Both the position numbers and the translations under genes were made by a program. 64,000 nucleotides of DNA from Candidatus Dormiibacterota bacterium (GTDB lineage: Bacteria; Chloroflexota; Dormibacteria; Dormibacterales; Dormibacteraceae), in the NCBI GenBank assembly GCA_036570165.1, contig DATCPI010000116.1, positions 28,107 through 92,106 on the forward strand, read 5' to 3'. Positions 44,141 through 54,104 of the stretch are shown one piece after another. The stretch's first letter is position 1; the number at the start of each line of letters is the position of its first letter. Below the pieces are notes generated by a model. It ran no database searches and had not been told where the DNA came from. It worked only from the letters and a program-made list of their open reading frames with translations.

Positions 44141-45199
44141 CTAGTTGACTGTCGCCGCCCAGGCGATGAGGTCATTGAGCCCTCGATCGAAAGAGACCTG
44201 TGGCTCCCAGTCCAGGACCGCCTTCGCCTTGGTGATGTCGCTTACGTAATAGGTCTGGTCGCCCTCGCGCCAGTCGGTGAACGTGTACTGCGGCTTGCGG
44301 TTCGTCAGCTCGCCGATCTGGGCGATGACCTCGAGGAGGTTTCGCTGGTTCTCCGGGCCACCGCCGACGTTGAAGATCTCGCCACGCGTCTCGTCGATCT
44401 TCTCGATGACGGTGGCGTACAGCGCGCATAGATCCCGCGCATCGAGCAGGTCACGCACCTGGGTGCCATCGCCATAGATCGTGAGCGGCCGGTCATTGAG
44501 GATCGAATGGGCGAAATGCGCGACCCACCCCTGGTCCTCGGTCCCGTACTGGTGCGTGCCGTAGATGCAGCTCTGCCGGAGGACGACCGTGTTCATATGA
44601 AAGCAGCGGGCGTAGTCCCTCACGTACTGGTCCGCCGCGCCCTTGCTGCAGCCGTACGGACTGTGGAAGTCGATGGGCTGCGTTTCTTTACAGGCAACGT
44701 TGTTCTTGTCGAGCTTTCCGTACACCTTGTTCGTCGATGCGAAGAGAAACGGAGCTTCGGGGTTGTGCAGCCGCACCGCCTCCAGCAGATTCAGGGTGCC
44801 TCTCGCGTTGACGTCGAAGTCCGTGACAGGATCGACCAGCGAGGTCGTTACCGCGACCTGGCCGGCCAGGTGCAGGATCGCGTCCTGGTTTTTGACGTGC
44901 TCGGCCACGGCGCCGGCGGTCCTCACGTCTTCTTTGATGAAAGTCGTCCGAGTTGGATGCTCGGTGATCAACCACTTGAGGTTTCGCTCTGTCCCCGGCC
45001 GGCTGAGATTGTCGAGCAGGGTCACGTGCCATCCGTCGGCGATCAGATGCAGCGCAGCGTTGACCCCGAGAAAGCCCGCTCCGCCGGTGATCAGGATGCG
45101 GCGGCCGGCGTTTCGTGCGGAGGCGCGAGCGGTGCGTACTGCAACGCGGGGGAGCGTTCTTGGCTCTGCCATCAGCGCACTCGGATCCATCAGGGGCAC
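44141..45199 (-). CDS. SDR-family NAD-dependent epimerase (CDP-paratose/tyvelose 2-epimerase-like)
   Basis: ILITGGAGFLGVN, YGCSKGAADQY and TEDQGWVAHF...YGDGTQVRDLLDARDL. The start may be internal. Confidence 0.8.
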   Translation of the reverse strand: MPLMDPSALMAEPRTLPRVAVRTARASARNAGRRILITGGAGFLGVNAALHLIADGWHVTLLDNLSRPGTERNLKWLITEHPTRTTFIKEDVRTAGAVAEHVKNQDAILHLAGQVAVTTSLVDPVTDFDVNARGTLNLLEAVRLHNPEAPFLFASTNKVYGKLDKNNVACKETQPIDFHSPYGCSKGAADQYVRDYARCFHMNTVVLRQSCIYGTHQYGTEDQGWVAHFAHSILNDRPLTIYGDGTQVRDLLDARDLCALYATVIEKIDETRGEIFNVGGGPENQRNLLEVIAQIGELTNRKPQYTFTDWREGDQTYYVSDITKAKAVLDWEPQVSFDRGLNDLIAWAATVN

Positions 45200-45314
45200 C
45201 TACGTTAAGACAATCACCCGCACGCGGCCGCGCCGGCGGGGGTGCCGGCTGCGCTTCGCGGTGTCGCCCACGACCCGTCCCTACGATAGACGCGTGCGCC
45301 CACCCGAGCCGTCG

Positions 45315-46472
45315 ATGTCTGCCACCGACACACGGTCGGTCCGCTTCAACTGGGAGAGCGAGGCTCGCATGGCCGATGTCTATGAAGCGCTTGCCGGCGT
45401 CACCTCGGATGTCCGCCTCAAACACCGCTTGATGGCGCTTGCCGAGACCGAACAACGACATGCCGATGCGTGGGCGGCGCTCCTGGACTCCGATGGCGGC
45501 AAATCCCAGCGACATAAACCTCAGCTTGCCGCCCGCTTGCTCGCCGGGCTAGCGCGCGTGGCCGGTATCGGCCCAGCGCTAGCACTGGCCGGCGCCGCCG
45601 AAGGGCACGCCCTGCGCTCCTATCTTCGCCAGGTTTCGAGCGTCGCCGACGACCGGGCGCAGGGAGTGCTGCGCCAGGTGCTGCCCGAAGAACTCGATCA
45701 CCAAACCGCCGAGGACGTGGCCGGGGAATCCGGTTCCACCGCGGAGCACGAGATTCCGCTCGACTCGGCCGAGGAGTGGCATGGCGGCGGAACCGAAAGC
45801 ATCCGGAACGTGATCTACGGAGTCAACGACGGCTTGACCGCAACCCTGGGCGTGCTTTCTGGCGTTGGTGGTGCGAGCGTCGACCCCAAGGTCGTGCTGA
45901 TCGGAGGGCTCTCGGCCATGGTCGCTTCCGGCGTATCGATGGCAGGTGGGGCGTACCTTGCCAGCAAGTCGCAGCGGGAGGTGTACGAAGGACAGCTGGC
46001 CCGCGAGGCGGCTGAGATCGAGGTGATGCCGGACCTCGAGCGTGCTGAGCTGGTCCGGATCTACCGCTCCAAAGGTCTGACTCCCGCGGAAGCCGAGACC
46101 ATCGTCGGGCGAATCACCGCCGACAAGAAGGTCTGGCTGGAAACGCAGGCTCGCGAGGAGCTTGGATTGGACGCGACTCAGTTCGAGAACCCTGCGCGCG
46201 AGGGGCTCGTGGCTGGAATCTCCACGCTGATCGGCGGAGCCATCCCGGTGGCCGGCTACCTGGTCGGCCGGCAGCTGCTCGGGTCCTTCGTCAATGGGTT
46301 CGGGGCGCTGGTGATCGCATTTGTCGTGAGCGCCGGCTTCCTGTTCGGAATCGGGGCGGCGCGCTCGTTCTTTACCGGGAAAGGCGCCGTCCGGTCGGGG
46401 CTCGAAATGCTGGCGGTCGGATCTGTCGTCGCGGCCCTGACCTATGGAGTGGGCCTGCTTTTCCGTGGCTAG
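45315..46472 (+). CDS. Ferritin-like (erythrin) domain fused to a VIT1/CCC1 iron-transporter domain (MbfA-like)
   Basis: E..ARMADVYEALA...LAETEQRHADAW is ferritin-like. IRNVIYGVNDGLTATLGVLSGV and the C-terminal TM bundle are VIT1-like. ATG 45315 (alternative GTG 45294). Confidence 0.8.
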   Translation: MSATDTRSVRFNWESEARMADVYEALAGVTSDVRLKHRLMALAETEQRHADAWAALLDSDGGKSQRHKPQLAARLLAGLARVAGIGPALALAGAAEGHALRSYLRQVSSVADDRAQGVLRQVLPEELDHQTAEDVAGESGSTAEHEIPLDSAEEWHGGGTESIRNVIYGVNDGLTATLGVLSGVGGASVDPKVVLIGGLSAMVASGVSMAGGAYLASKSQREVYEGQLAREAAEIEVMPDLERAELVRIYRSKGLTPAEAETIVGRITADKKVWLETQAREELGLDATQFENPAREGLVAGISTLIGGAIPVAGYLVGRQLLGSFVNGFGALVIAFVVSAGFLFGIGAARSFFTGKGAVRSGLEMLAVGSVVAALTYGVGLLFRG

Positions 46473-46474
46473 CG

Positions 46475-46849
46475 TCAGCCGGTGGCGATGCCCCGAAAGA
46501 AGGCGATGCCAACCACCCAACAGGCGCCGGCCAGGATCACAGCCTCTCGCCGGCGATTTCCGCCGTGGGCCCAGAAATATGCGCCGGGAAGGAACAGGAC
46601 TGCAAACGCTCCATACACGAGATGGAGGAGAGTTTTCGGATGGCCTCCAGTGGCAAACGCCGCGAGGCCCAGAAGGCCTTGAAGCGCGGTCACGCCGGCC
46701 ATGATCAGGTAGCTCGAGCGAAAGCCTGCGGAGATGGCGGCCTTGCGAAAGTATTGAAAGGTGCCCCAAATCGCGAGCGCCACTGCGAACAAGAGCAGGA
46801 CTCGCGCGCCGAGGGTGTGAAGGAAGGCCAGTGGGTTGACGAGATTCAC
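46475..46849 (-). CDS. Small 4-TM membrane protein, function unknown
   Basis: 124 aa and strongly hydrophobic. Its start overlaps the stop of the upstream epimerase gene by 4 nt. Confidence 0.5.
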   Translation of the reverse strand: MNLVNPLAFLHTLGARVLLLFAVALAIWGTFQYFRKAAISAGFRSSYLIMAGVTALQGLLGLAAFATGGHPKTLLHLVYGAFAVLFLPGAYFWAHGGNRRREAVILAGACWVVGIAFFRGIATG

Positions 46850-47784
46850 GGAAGGGCTTTCACCTGTTCACGGAAATAGTCGACGGTGAGGCTCAGGCCC
46901 TTTTCGAGATTCACCCGAGGTTCCCAATCGAGGTCGTCTCGCGCTTTCTGGTTGTCCAGCGCGATGCGGAACACGTCACCTTTACGCGGGGGACCGAAGT
47001 TGGGCTCGAGACGGTAATCGGTGAGCAGGGCCAGCTTTCTGAAGAGGTCGTTGACGCTGACCGCGATCCCCGTGCTGATGTGGAAAGTGCCGCCTGATCC
47101 CTTCTCGAGCGCAGCGAGATTCGCCGTCGCGACGTCGCCGACGTGAAGCATGTCGCGCGACTGCTCGCCAGTCCCATCGATGGTGACGGGTTGGTCCATG
47201 AGCATCCGGCTGGCGAAGATGGCGACCACGCGACCTTCCGCGGCGTAGAAATCCTGCCGCGCGCCATAGATGTTCGCGTAACGCAGCACCGTGTAGTCCA
47301 GCCCGAACGTGCGGCGGAAGGTACCCAGGTACTGCTCGAACGACAGCTTGCTCGTGCCGTAGGGCGAGAGAGGCCGAATCGGATGGTCTTCGGCGGCGGG
47401 CACCACGTCCGGCTCACCGTAAAGCGCACCGCCCGTCGAGCTGAAGATCACCTTGCGCACCTTGTGATCCACGCAAGCTCGGAGAAGATTGAGGCCGCCG
47501 ATGATGTTCACCTGTGCGTCGTACGTCGGGTCGGCGACAGACTTCGGCACCTCCGACTGCGCGGCATGGTGGTTCACAAGCTCAGGCCGGAATGCCGCGA
47601 CCGCTTCTTCCACCCGTGGTTGATCGCGCAGATCGACACGGTGCACAGTCGCTGCCGCGTTGACGTTGTCCTCACGCCCGGTGCTGAAGTCGTCGAGCAC
47701 GGCGACCTCATGGCCGGCGGCGACATACGCATCGACGACGTGGGAGCCGATGAACCCGGCTCCACCAGTGACCAGAATTCGCAC
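46846..47784 (-). CDS. UDP-glucose 4-epimerase family (GalE-like) SDR
   Basis: VRILVTGGAGFIGSH from GTG 47784. STGGALYG...YGTSKLSFEQY (YxxxK). The first 114 aa of the track ORF are discarded. Confidence 0.85.
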   Translation of the reverse strand: MRILVTGGAGFIGSHVVDAYVAAGHEVAVLDDFSTGREDNVNAAATVHRVDLRDQPRVEEAVAAFRPELVNHHAAQSEVPKSVADPTYDAQVNIIGGLNLLRACVDHKVRKVIFSSTGGALYGEPDVVPAAEDHPIRPLSPYGTSKLSFEQYLGTFRRTFGLDYTVLRYANIYGARQDFYAAEGRVVAIFASRMLMDQPVTIDGTGEQSRDMLHVGDVATANLAALEKGSGGTFHISTGIAVSVNDLFRKLALLTDYRLEPNFGPPRKGDVFRIALDNQKARDDLDWEPRVNLEKGLSLTVDYFREQVKALP

Positions 47785-47808
47785 GGCGACTGACTCTAAC
47801 GGGTTTAC

Positions 47809-48282
47809 TTGCTGACAGTGGCTGAGCGCGCGAGGCTTGAAATCGAGGTTGTCAAAGCGGTGCGGGTGCCGGTTCCACCGGCGTTCTTGCGCAGTGTTCT
47901 GCAGCGAGCGGCTTCCATACCCGAACTCGAAGCGCGCCTTCCGGCGGGGACGGCGACGGTCGCCGTCAGGCTGACCACTGATGACGAGCTGCGACTTTTG
48001 AACCGCGACTACGCAGGCCATGATTCTGCGACCGACGTCTTGTCGTTCGAAGGTTCCAGCCAGCACGTCGGAGATCTCGCCATTTCGTGGCCGACGGTCG
48101 TCCGCCAGGCGCGTGAGCACGGACATTCAGAGCAGACGGAACTGTGTCTGTTGGCCGTTCACGGCTTGCTGCACCTGTTGGGCTGGGATCACGTGTCGGC
48201 CGCCCAGCGAAAGGAGATGTCGCGTCTCACGATCGCAGCGCTGGCGCTGTCCGGACTGCGGCCGGCGCCAGGACGCCTCTAG
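47809..48282 (+). CDS. ybeY: rRNA maturation endoribonuclease YbeY
   Basis: TDVLSF and the zinc motif HGLLHLLGWDH. Confidence 0.85.
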   Translation: MLTVAERARLEIEVVKAVRVPVPPAFLRSVLQRAASIPELEARLPAGTATVAVRLTTDDELRLLNRDYAGHDSATDVLSFEGSSQHVGDLAISWPTVVRQAREHGHSEQTELCLLAVHGLLHLLGWDHVSAAQRKEMSRLTIAALALSGLRPAPGRL

Positions 48283-48357
48283 CTCCGCGTAAACTCACTC
48301 CCAGCAGAGGGTCTGCGGCACTCGCCGCGGGCCTAATTGCGTCTATTTGGATTTTGG

Positions 48358-48987
48358 ATGGAAGAAAACAGACATAAAGAAGACGAGGCAGGCCTCAAGC
48401 GGTTGATCGTCGGCCTGGGCAACCCTGACGAGGAGTATGCCGACACGCGCCACAACCTCGGCTTTGCCTGCGTGCATGAGCTCGCGAAGAGGTTGGGCGT
48501 GCGGATCGACCGCAAGCGATGGCAGTCGCTCGTCGGTCATTCGGAAGCGCGCGGCGTCTGGCTGATGATGCCGCAGACCTACATGAACCTTTCCGGACAG
48601 GCGGTGGCCAAGGCGTTGAAGGACATTCATGTGCCGCCGCAGAAGGTCTGGGTCGTCTACGACGAGCTTGACCTACCCCTGTGCCGGATCCGCATCAAGC
48701 GCGGAGGCTCCGCCGCCGGACACAACGGCGTCAAATCTCTGATCAGCTGTTTGGGCACCGACGATTTCGTGCGTTTCCGGGTCGGCATCGGCAAGCCGGC
48801 GCGAAAGGGCTCTCACTCGGGACGTCAGCACGTGCTCGGGCGTTTCACCAAGGCCGAGGCTGCGCGCCTTCCGACCGTCATCGACGGGGTCGCGAGCGCC
48901 CTGGAGCTGGCGCTCGAGGCGGGCGTCGAGCGCGCCATGGACGTTTACAACCGCCCCAACGCGCTCGGTTGTGAGGAGCTGGCATGA
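48358..48987 (+). CDS. pth: Peptidyl-tRNA hydrolase
   Basis: LIVGLGNPDEEYADTRHNLGF and GHNGVKS motifs. Confidence 0.9.
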   Translation: MEENRHKEDEAGLKRLIVGLGNPDEEYADTRHNLGFACVHELAKRLGVRIDRKRWQSLVGHSEARGVWLMMPQTYMNLSGQAVAKALKDIHVPPQKVWVVYDELDLPLCRIRIKRGGSAAGHNGVKSLISCLGTDDFVRFRVGIGKPARKGSHSGRQHVLGRFTKAEAARLPTVIDGVASALELALEAGVERAMDVYNRPNALGCEELA

Positions 48988-51900
48988 GCCCGCTCTGGAA
49001 GAGCGCGATCGAAGCCGCACCGGCGCTGGAAGGCTGGATCGGAGGCTCGTCGACAGAGCTCGAGGTCGGCCGCCTGCCCCGGCCTGCGTGGCCGATCGTC
49101 GCTGGAGCCATTGCCAGGGCCTGCGCCGCGCGACGACGGCCGATCCTGGTCCTCGTTCCGGCACCCGAGCGCTTCGCCGACGAGCTGCGTCCGTGGCTTG
49201 CGGGGTATCCGCCCGTGCGCGTCTTCGCCGAGGTCGGCATTTCGTTCCTCGATCGCCCGCCGGCCTTTGACGAGGCGGTCAACAAGCGCCTGGATGCGCT
49301 TGCGACATTGGCGACTGACGAGCCGGCCGTCATCGTCTCGTCGCGGCGCGCCATCACGCGGCAGACCATTTCCCGTGCGGACCTCGCCGAAGGGTCAGTG
49401 TTGCTTGCCCCTGGACGAGGACCGGATCCCGTCGCGGTGGCCACGCGCCTTGTCGAGCTCGGCTATTCGCGAGAGGCGCTGGTTGAGGGTCGCGGCCAGT
49501 TTTCGCTGCGCGGCGGCATCCTCGACGTGTTTCCTACCGCCGCTGACGCGCCGGTGCGAGCCGAGTGGGCCGGCGACGTGATCGAAACGCTTCGCCTGTT
49601 CGATCCGGAGAACCAGAGATCCGTCATGGCGGTTCGCGAGGCCTCGATCAAGACAGGCCGGGAGCTGCTGCTTGGCCCGGAACGCGGCGCGGCGGCAGTC
49701 GCGCGTCTGCGCAAGTCGGTTTCGCTGCTGGCCCTTCGCGCGGACGTCCTTTCGGATTGGGAGGACGAGCTGGCAAGGCTCGAGTCCGGTGCCGCATTTC
49801 CCGGTGTCGAGTACTACGCCGCCTATCTCGATCCCTCACGGCCTTCGCTGCTCGACCATCTTCCGGCTGGGGCGGCGGTGCTGGATTTCGAGCCGGAGCG
49901 TCAGCTGGCGGACGCTCGGTCCCTCATCGAAGAAGCCAAGATGCTCGCCGCGGCAGAGGCAGGAGGTGGGGAGCTGCCAGGCGGTTTCACGCTTCCGATG
50001 GTGGATCTTGACCGCCTCGACGATTTCGCCGGGCGGACTCGACTCCGTCTCAAGGCCGGTGAGGCGGGCTCGGACTCGATCGACCTTGGCTGGGTCGGCT
50101 TGGAACCACTTGTCGGGCGGCCTCGGGCGGTCGCCGACCTTGCCGCCATGGGGGAGAGTGCGACCGTCATCTTCGCAACGGAACAGGACGAGCGGCTGAG
50201 AGCGCTGCTCGACGAGAACGGGGTCAAAGCGGATGTTCCCGAGGTTGATCTGGACCTCGATCTGGATCTCGAACCGGCACTGCGGTGCGCGGACATCGAC
50301 ATCACTGCCGGGACTGCGCAGCCGGAAATCGGCTTTCACCTCGCCACCGACGCCGAGCTTTTCGGCCGGCTGCGGCGACCCTCCCGGGCCGGCCGCAGTG
50401 GCAAGACACGAGGCAAGACGCGAGCCCAGGACCTGACCAAGGAATTCACTCTCGATTTCTCCCCGGACGAGCTGGTCGTTCACGTCGACCATGGCATCGC
50501 CAGGTTCAAAGGCATGCGGCTCATCGAGTCGGAGGGCGCTCACCGCGAGTACCTGGAGCTCGAATACGCCGAGGGTGACCGGCTCTTTGTCCCAGTGGAG
50601 AACCTCGATCGGGTCCAGAAGTATCTCGGAGGTGAGGCGCAGCCCGGGCTCCACCGGCTGGGTGGTGGCGACTGGTCGCGAGCTCGCGGGCGGGCGAAAA
50701 AAGTCGTCCAGGACGTGGCCGACGAGCTGCTCAAGATCTACTCGCTCCGAGAGGCCAGGCCCGGAATCGCATTCGCCCCGGACACACCCTGGCAGCAGGA
50801 GCTCGAGGCTTCCTTTCCTTATGAAGAGACACCCGACCAGGTGGTGGCACTGGCGGAGATCAAGGCGGACATGGAGTCCGACAAGCCGATGGACCGGCTC
50901 CTGTGCGGCGACGTCGGTTTCGGCAAGACGGAGCTTGCGCTCCGCGCGGCCTTCAAGGCGGCGATGAGCGGAAAGCAAGTCGCGGTGCTTGCCCCGACGA
51001 CAGTGCTCGCACAGCAGCACTTCCACGTCTTCAGCGAACGGCTGGCGAAGTTCCCGGTCGTCGTCCAGATGCTTTCGCGATTCGTCGACGACGAGACACA
51101 GGCCCAGACCATCGAGGGCATCAAGGCCGGACAGGTGGACATCGTCGTCGGCACCCACCGGCTCCTTCAAAAGGACGTGCGCTTCAAGAGGCTGGGCTTG
51201 CTGATCATTGATGAGGAGCACCGCTTCGGCGTCATGCAGAAGGAGCGGTTGAAGAAGCTGCGCACGCAGCTTGATGTGCTATCACTGTCCGCGACGCCGA
51301 TTCCGCGAACGCTGCACATGGCCGTGGGAGGGATCCGCGACATGAGCGTGATCCAGACGCCGCCCGAAGAACGCCAGCCGATCAAGACTTATGTCACCGC
51401 GGATGAGGACACCCTCGTCCGTGAAGCCATCACCCGAGAGCTGCAGCGTGGCGGTCAGGTTTACTACGTCCACAACCGCGTGCGCACCATCCAGAAAGCC
51501 GCCGACCGCATCCGAGAGCTGGTGCCGGAAGCTCGCCTCGCGATCGGGCACGGACAGATGGGCGAAGACGAGCTGGCGCGCGTGATGGTCGAGTTCGAAT
51601 CGGCGAAGCATGACGTGCTCGTGTGTACGACGATCATCGAGTCGGGGCTCGACATCCCCAACGTCAACACGATCATCATCGAGCGCGCCGACCGCTTCGG
51701 ACTGGCCCAGCTCTATCAGCTGCGCGGCCGTGTGGGACGGTCGGGAAGGCGTGCTTACGCGTACTTCCTCTACGACCCACGTCGCTCGCTGACCGAGCAA
51801 GCAGACAAGCGGCTGGACGTCATCTCCGGACTGCACGAGCTGGGGCAGGGGTTCAAGATCGCGCTTCGCGACCTCGAGATCCGCGGCGCCGGCAACTTGC

Positions 51901-52487
51901 TTGGCACCGAGCAGCACGGCGCGATCGCGGCAGTGGGATTCGAGATGTACCTGCAGATGCTCCAGGGCGCGGTCTCGAAGATGCGCTCGGGTGACGAGGA
52001 ATCCGCCTTGGGCGATGTGCTCTCGACCGTGGAGATGAATCTGGACCTGCCGCTCGACCACTTCATCCCGCGTTCGTACATTCGCGACGAGAAGCTTCGT
52101 CTGGGTGCGTACCGCCAGCTGGCCGGGACCGAAGACGAGCAGGAGCTGGATGGAGTGCTGCGCTCACTCGAGGATCGCTACGGCCCCGGCCCGAAGCAGC
52201 TCGACAACCTTGCGTACTCGCTGCGAGTCAAGCTACGCGGACAGCGGATCGGCCTGCGTGGCGTGGTGGCCGACGGCCACGACATCGTGATTCGGGTCGA
52301 CCCGGAGCGCTTCCTCGACGTTGACGAGCTTTCGAGACGAATGGCCGGGCGGATCGCCATCGCGCCGAACCGCTTGAAAATGCGAAGGCAGGGAGAAGGT
52401 TGGCAGGCGGATCTGCTGCAGCTGCTCGATGAGATGGCCGCCCTTTACGAGTCAGGCCGCGCCGTCGTCGCAGTACCTGGGCGCTAG
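48984..52487 (+). CDS. mfd: Transcription-repair coupling factor
   Basis: 1167 aa. UvrB-homology N-terminus, CarD-like region ([11 protein letters not shown]), and SF2 helicase motifs ([27 protein letters not shown]). ATGA overlap with pth. Confidence 0.95.
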   Translation: MSPLWKSAIEAAPALEGWIGGSSTELEVGRLPRPAWPIVAGAIARACAARRRPILVLVPAPERFADELRPWLAGYPPVRVFAEVGISFLDRPPAFDEAVNKRLDALATLATDEPAVIVSSRRAITRQTISRADLAEGSVLLAPGRGPDPVAVATRLVELGYSREALVEGRGQFSLRGGILDVFPTAADAPVRAEWAGDVIETLRLFDPENQRSVMAVREASIKTGRELLLGPERGAAAVARLRKSVSLLALRADVLSDWEDELARLESGAAFPGVEYYAAYLDPSRPSLLDHLPAGAAVLDFEPERQLADARSLIEEAKMLAAAEAGGGELPGGFTLPMVDLDRLDDFAGRTRLRLKAGEAGSDSIDLGWVGLEPLVGRPRAVADLAAMGESATVIFATEQDERLRALLDENGVKADVPEVDLDLDLDLEPALRCADIDITAGTAQPEIGFHLATDAELFGRLRRPSRAGRSGKTRGKTRAQDLTKEFTLDFSPDELVVHVDHGIARFKGMRLIESEGAHREYLELEYAEGDRLFVPVENLDRVQKYLGGEAQPGLHRLGGGDWSRARGRAKKVVQDVADELLKIYSLREARPGIAFAPDTPWQQELEASFPYEETPDQVVALAEIKADMESDKPMDRLLCGDVGFGKTELALRAAFKAAMSGKQVAVLAPTTVLAQQHFHVFSERLAKFPVVVQMLSRFVDDETQAQTIEGIKAGQVDIVVGTHRLLQKDVRFKRLGLLIIDEEHRFGVMQKERLKKLRTQLDVLSLSATPIPRTLHMAVGGIRDMSVIQTPPEERQPIKTYVTADEDTLVREAITRELQRGGQVYYVHNRVRTIQKAADRIRELVPEARLAIGHGQMGEDELARVMVEFESAKHDVLVCTTIIESGLDIPNVNTIIIERADRFGLAQLYQLRGRVGRSGRRAYAYFLYDPRRSLTEQADKRLDVISGLHELGQGFKIALRDLEIRGAGNLLGTEQHGAIAAVGFEMYLQMLQGAVSKMRSGDEESALGDVLSTVEMNLDLPLDHFIPRSYIRDEKLRLGAYRQLAGTEDEQELDGVLRSLEDRYGPGPKQLDNLAYSLRVKLRGQRIGLRGVVADGHDIVIRVDPERFLDVDELSRRMAGRIAIAPNRLKMRRQGEGWQADLLQLLDEMAALYESGRAVVAVPGR

Positions 52488-53294
52488 TTGATGCCAGAAT
52501 CAGGACAGATGCCTGAATCGAACGAGAAGCCGTACTCGCCTGGAGTTCAGGCGATCTTCGAGGTGGTCGCTCGGCTGCGGGCGCCCGACGGCTGCCCGTG
52601 GGATCGCGAGCAGACGCACGAGTCGCTGCGTCCGTACCTGCTCGAAGAGACCTACGAGCTGCTGGAAGCGATCGACTCAGCTGACGACACAAAGATTGAG
52701 GAAGAGCTGGGAGACCTTCTGCTCCAGGTCGCCATGCACGCCGAGATCGCCGCGCAGGAAGGACGGTTTAACGCGGCGGAGGTGTCGGAGGGGGTCGCGG
52801 CCAAGATGGTCAAGCGCCATCCACACGTGTTCGGTACCACGTCCGTCGCCAACGCGGACGAGGTGCTGCGCAACTGGGAGCACCAGAAGGCGCACGAGGC
52901 GCGCAAGGAAGGGAAGGACCAATCGGTCGTGGACCGGGTCCCCAAAACTCTGCCGGCGCTCGCCTGGACGCTTGGACTTCAAAAGCGCGCCGCGCGGGTG
53001 GGCTTTGATTTCACGTCACCTAAGGAGGCGGCCGAATCGGTCGCTGAGGAAGCGCGTGAGCTGGCAAATGCAAGCGATCCGCAACAGACCTTCGAGGAGA
53101 TGGGGGACCTGCTGTTCGCAATCGTCTCCCTGGCTCGCCGGCTGAAGGTCAATCCCGAGGATGCGCTGCGAGTCGCCGGTGAGCGGTTCCGCAGTCGCTT
53201 CGCCAAAGCCGAGGCTTCGCTGCGCGAAGAGGGCCGCACGTTCCGCGACCTGGATGCCGCAGAGCTGGAATCGCGCTGGGAGGAGACGTCTTAG
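52488..53294 (+). CDS. mazG: Nucleoside triphosphate pyrophosphohydrolase MazG
   Basis: CPWDREQTHESLRPYLLEETYE and EELGDLLLQV, with a second MazG repeat EEMGDLLFAIV. Confidence 0.85.
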   Translation: MMPESGQMPESNEKPYSPGVQAIFEVVARLRAPDGCPWDREQTHESLRPYLLEETYELLEAIDSADDTKIEEELGDLLLQVAMHAEIAAQEGRFNAAEVSEGVAAKMVKRHPHVFGTTSVANADEVLRNWEHQKAHEARKEGKDQSVVDRVPKTLPALAWTLGLQKRAARVGFDFTSPKEAAESVAEEARELANASDPQQTFEEMGDLLFAIVSLARRLKVNPEDALRVAGERFRSRFAKAEASLREEGRTFRDLDAAELESRWEETS

Positions 53295-53345
53295 GGGGCG
53301 TTTGTTATAGTCGGCTCCCCTTCGGGTTTCACCTAACGACGCAGC

Positions 53346-53714
53346 ATGAGATACAGCAAAGTCATCGTCGCCAACGGCACCGTGCGCACGAACACGCTCG
53401 GGTTGCGTCACGCCGTCGTCATCGCAGTGGTTGCTGTTGGCGTCATCTGGGCAGGCGTCGCGTTTGCCCAGGAGGGATACATCGGGCACAAGCTGACTCA
53501 ACAGGTGACCGATCTGCACAAGCAGAATGCGGTCCTCGCCGCCCAGAACCAGGGCTACCGCAAAGACGTGCAGGCGATCACCTCAGGCTCCGCCGACGAG
53601 GAGGAGGCCAGGCTCAACGGGTACGCCCGACCAAGCGAGCGCCTCTACCTGGTCACCGCCGTGCCGACCCCGTCGCCGACGCCATCGGCTTCGCCCTCAC
53701 CCCGCACCCATTAG
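53346..53714 (+). CDS. FtsB/DivIC-type septum formation initiator-like protein
   Basis: Single TM segment, then a coiled coil (LTQQVTDLHKQNAVLAAQNQGYRKDVQ), ...EEEARLNGYARPSE, and a Pro/Ser tail. Confidence 0.55.
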   Translation: MRYSKVIVANGTVRTNTLGLRHAVVIAVVAVGVIWAGVAFAQEGYIGHKLTQQVTDLHKQNAVLAAQNQGYRKDVQAITSGSADEEEARLNGYARPSERLYLVTAVPTPSPTPSASPSPRTH

Positions 53715-53743
53715 GCCCCGCGGGCCAGTGGCGAGCCCGGCGG

Positions 53744-53749
53744 TATACT
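53744..53749 (+). promoter_or_regulatory. -10-like hexamer TATACT, 5 nt upstream of the tRNA 5' end
   Basis: Sequence inspection only. No convincing -35 hexamer. Confidence 0.35.
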
Positions 53750-53754
53750 TTGAG

Positions 53755-53829
53755 AGCGGAGTGGAGCAGCGGCAGCTCGTCGGGCTCATAACCCGAAGGT
53801 CGTTGGTTCGAATCCAACCTCCGCAACCA
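53755..53829 (+). tRNA. tRNA-Met(CAT), initiator type
   Basis: Hand-folded cloverleaf: acceptor AGCGGAG/CTCCGCA with a 1:72 A.A mismatch, D arm GAGC/GCTC, and anticodon arm TCGGG-CTCATAA-CCCGA (three G:C pairs next to the loop). T arm GTTGG-TTCGAAT-CCAAC. CCA is encoded. Confidence 0.85.
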
Positions 53830-53845
53830 TCCTGCACCCAACCAC

Positions 53846-53879
53846 GGAGCCATACATGCTTGGCTCCGCCTCATTTTTC
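53846..53879 (+). terminator. Possible weak intrinsic terminator after the tRNA
   Basis: GGAGCC-N10-GGCTCC followed by GCCTCATTTTTCT. Confidence 0.3.
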
Positions 53880-53889
53880 TGGAGAAGGC

Positions 53890-53973
53890 TTGAACAAGAG
53901 AAAGCGAGTGGCGCTGGCCAAGCGACGGGTGAAGAAGCGAAAGCTGAAGGCGCGCGCGCAAACCGCAAGATAG
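53890..53973 (+). CDS. Candidate 27-aa highly basic micro-protein (bS22-like composition)
   Basis: TTG start 5 nt after GGAGAAGG. Peptide (M)NKRKRVALAKRRVKKRKLKARAQTAR has 14 of 27 residues K/R. Not called as a separate ORF in the track. Confidence 0.3.
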   Translation: MNKRKRVALAKRRVKKRKLKARAQTAR

Positions 53974-54028
53974 GATCTTCTCTTCTATCTTCTCCTTTTG
54001 GGGCGCCCGGCTTGCGCCCGGCTTGCGA

Positions 54029-54104
54029 GGTGCCGTAGCTCAGGTGGTAGAGCGCGCGACTCATAATCGCGTTGTCGCTGGTTCGAGTCCAGCCGGCACC
54101 ACCA
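54029..54104 (+). tRNA. tRNA with CAT anticodon, probably tRNA-Ile2 (lysidine-modified) rather than elongator tRNA-Met
   Basis: Acceptor GGTGCCG/CGGCACC, D arm GCTC-AGGTGGTA-GAGC, anticodon arm CGCGA-CTCATAA-TCGCG, T arm GCTGG-TTCGAGT-CCAGC, ACCA end. The anticodon and T arms resemble E. coli ileX as I remember it. It is directly fused to tilS. Confidence 0.8.

Noticed and set aside
54023-54103. Longer tilS ORF starting at 54023
   Set aside because: The extension is translated straight through a well-folding tRNA gene. The ATG at 54104 gives a normal TilS N-terminus ahead of the SGGxDS PP-loop.
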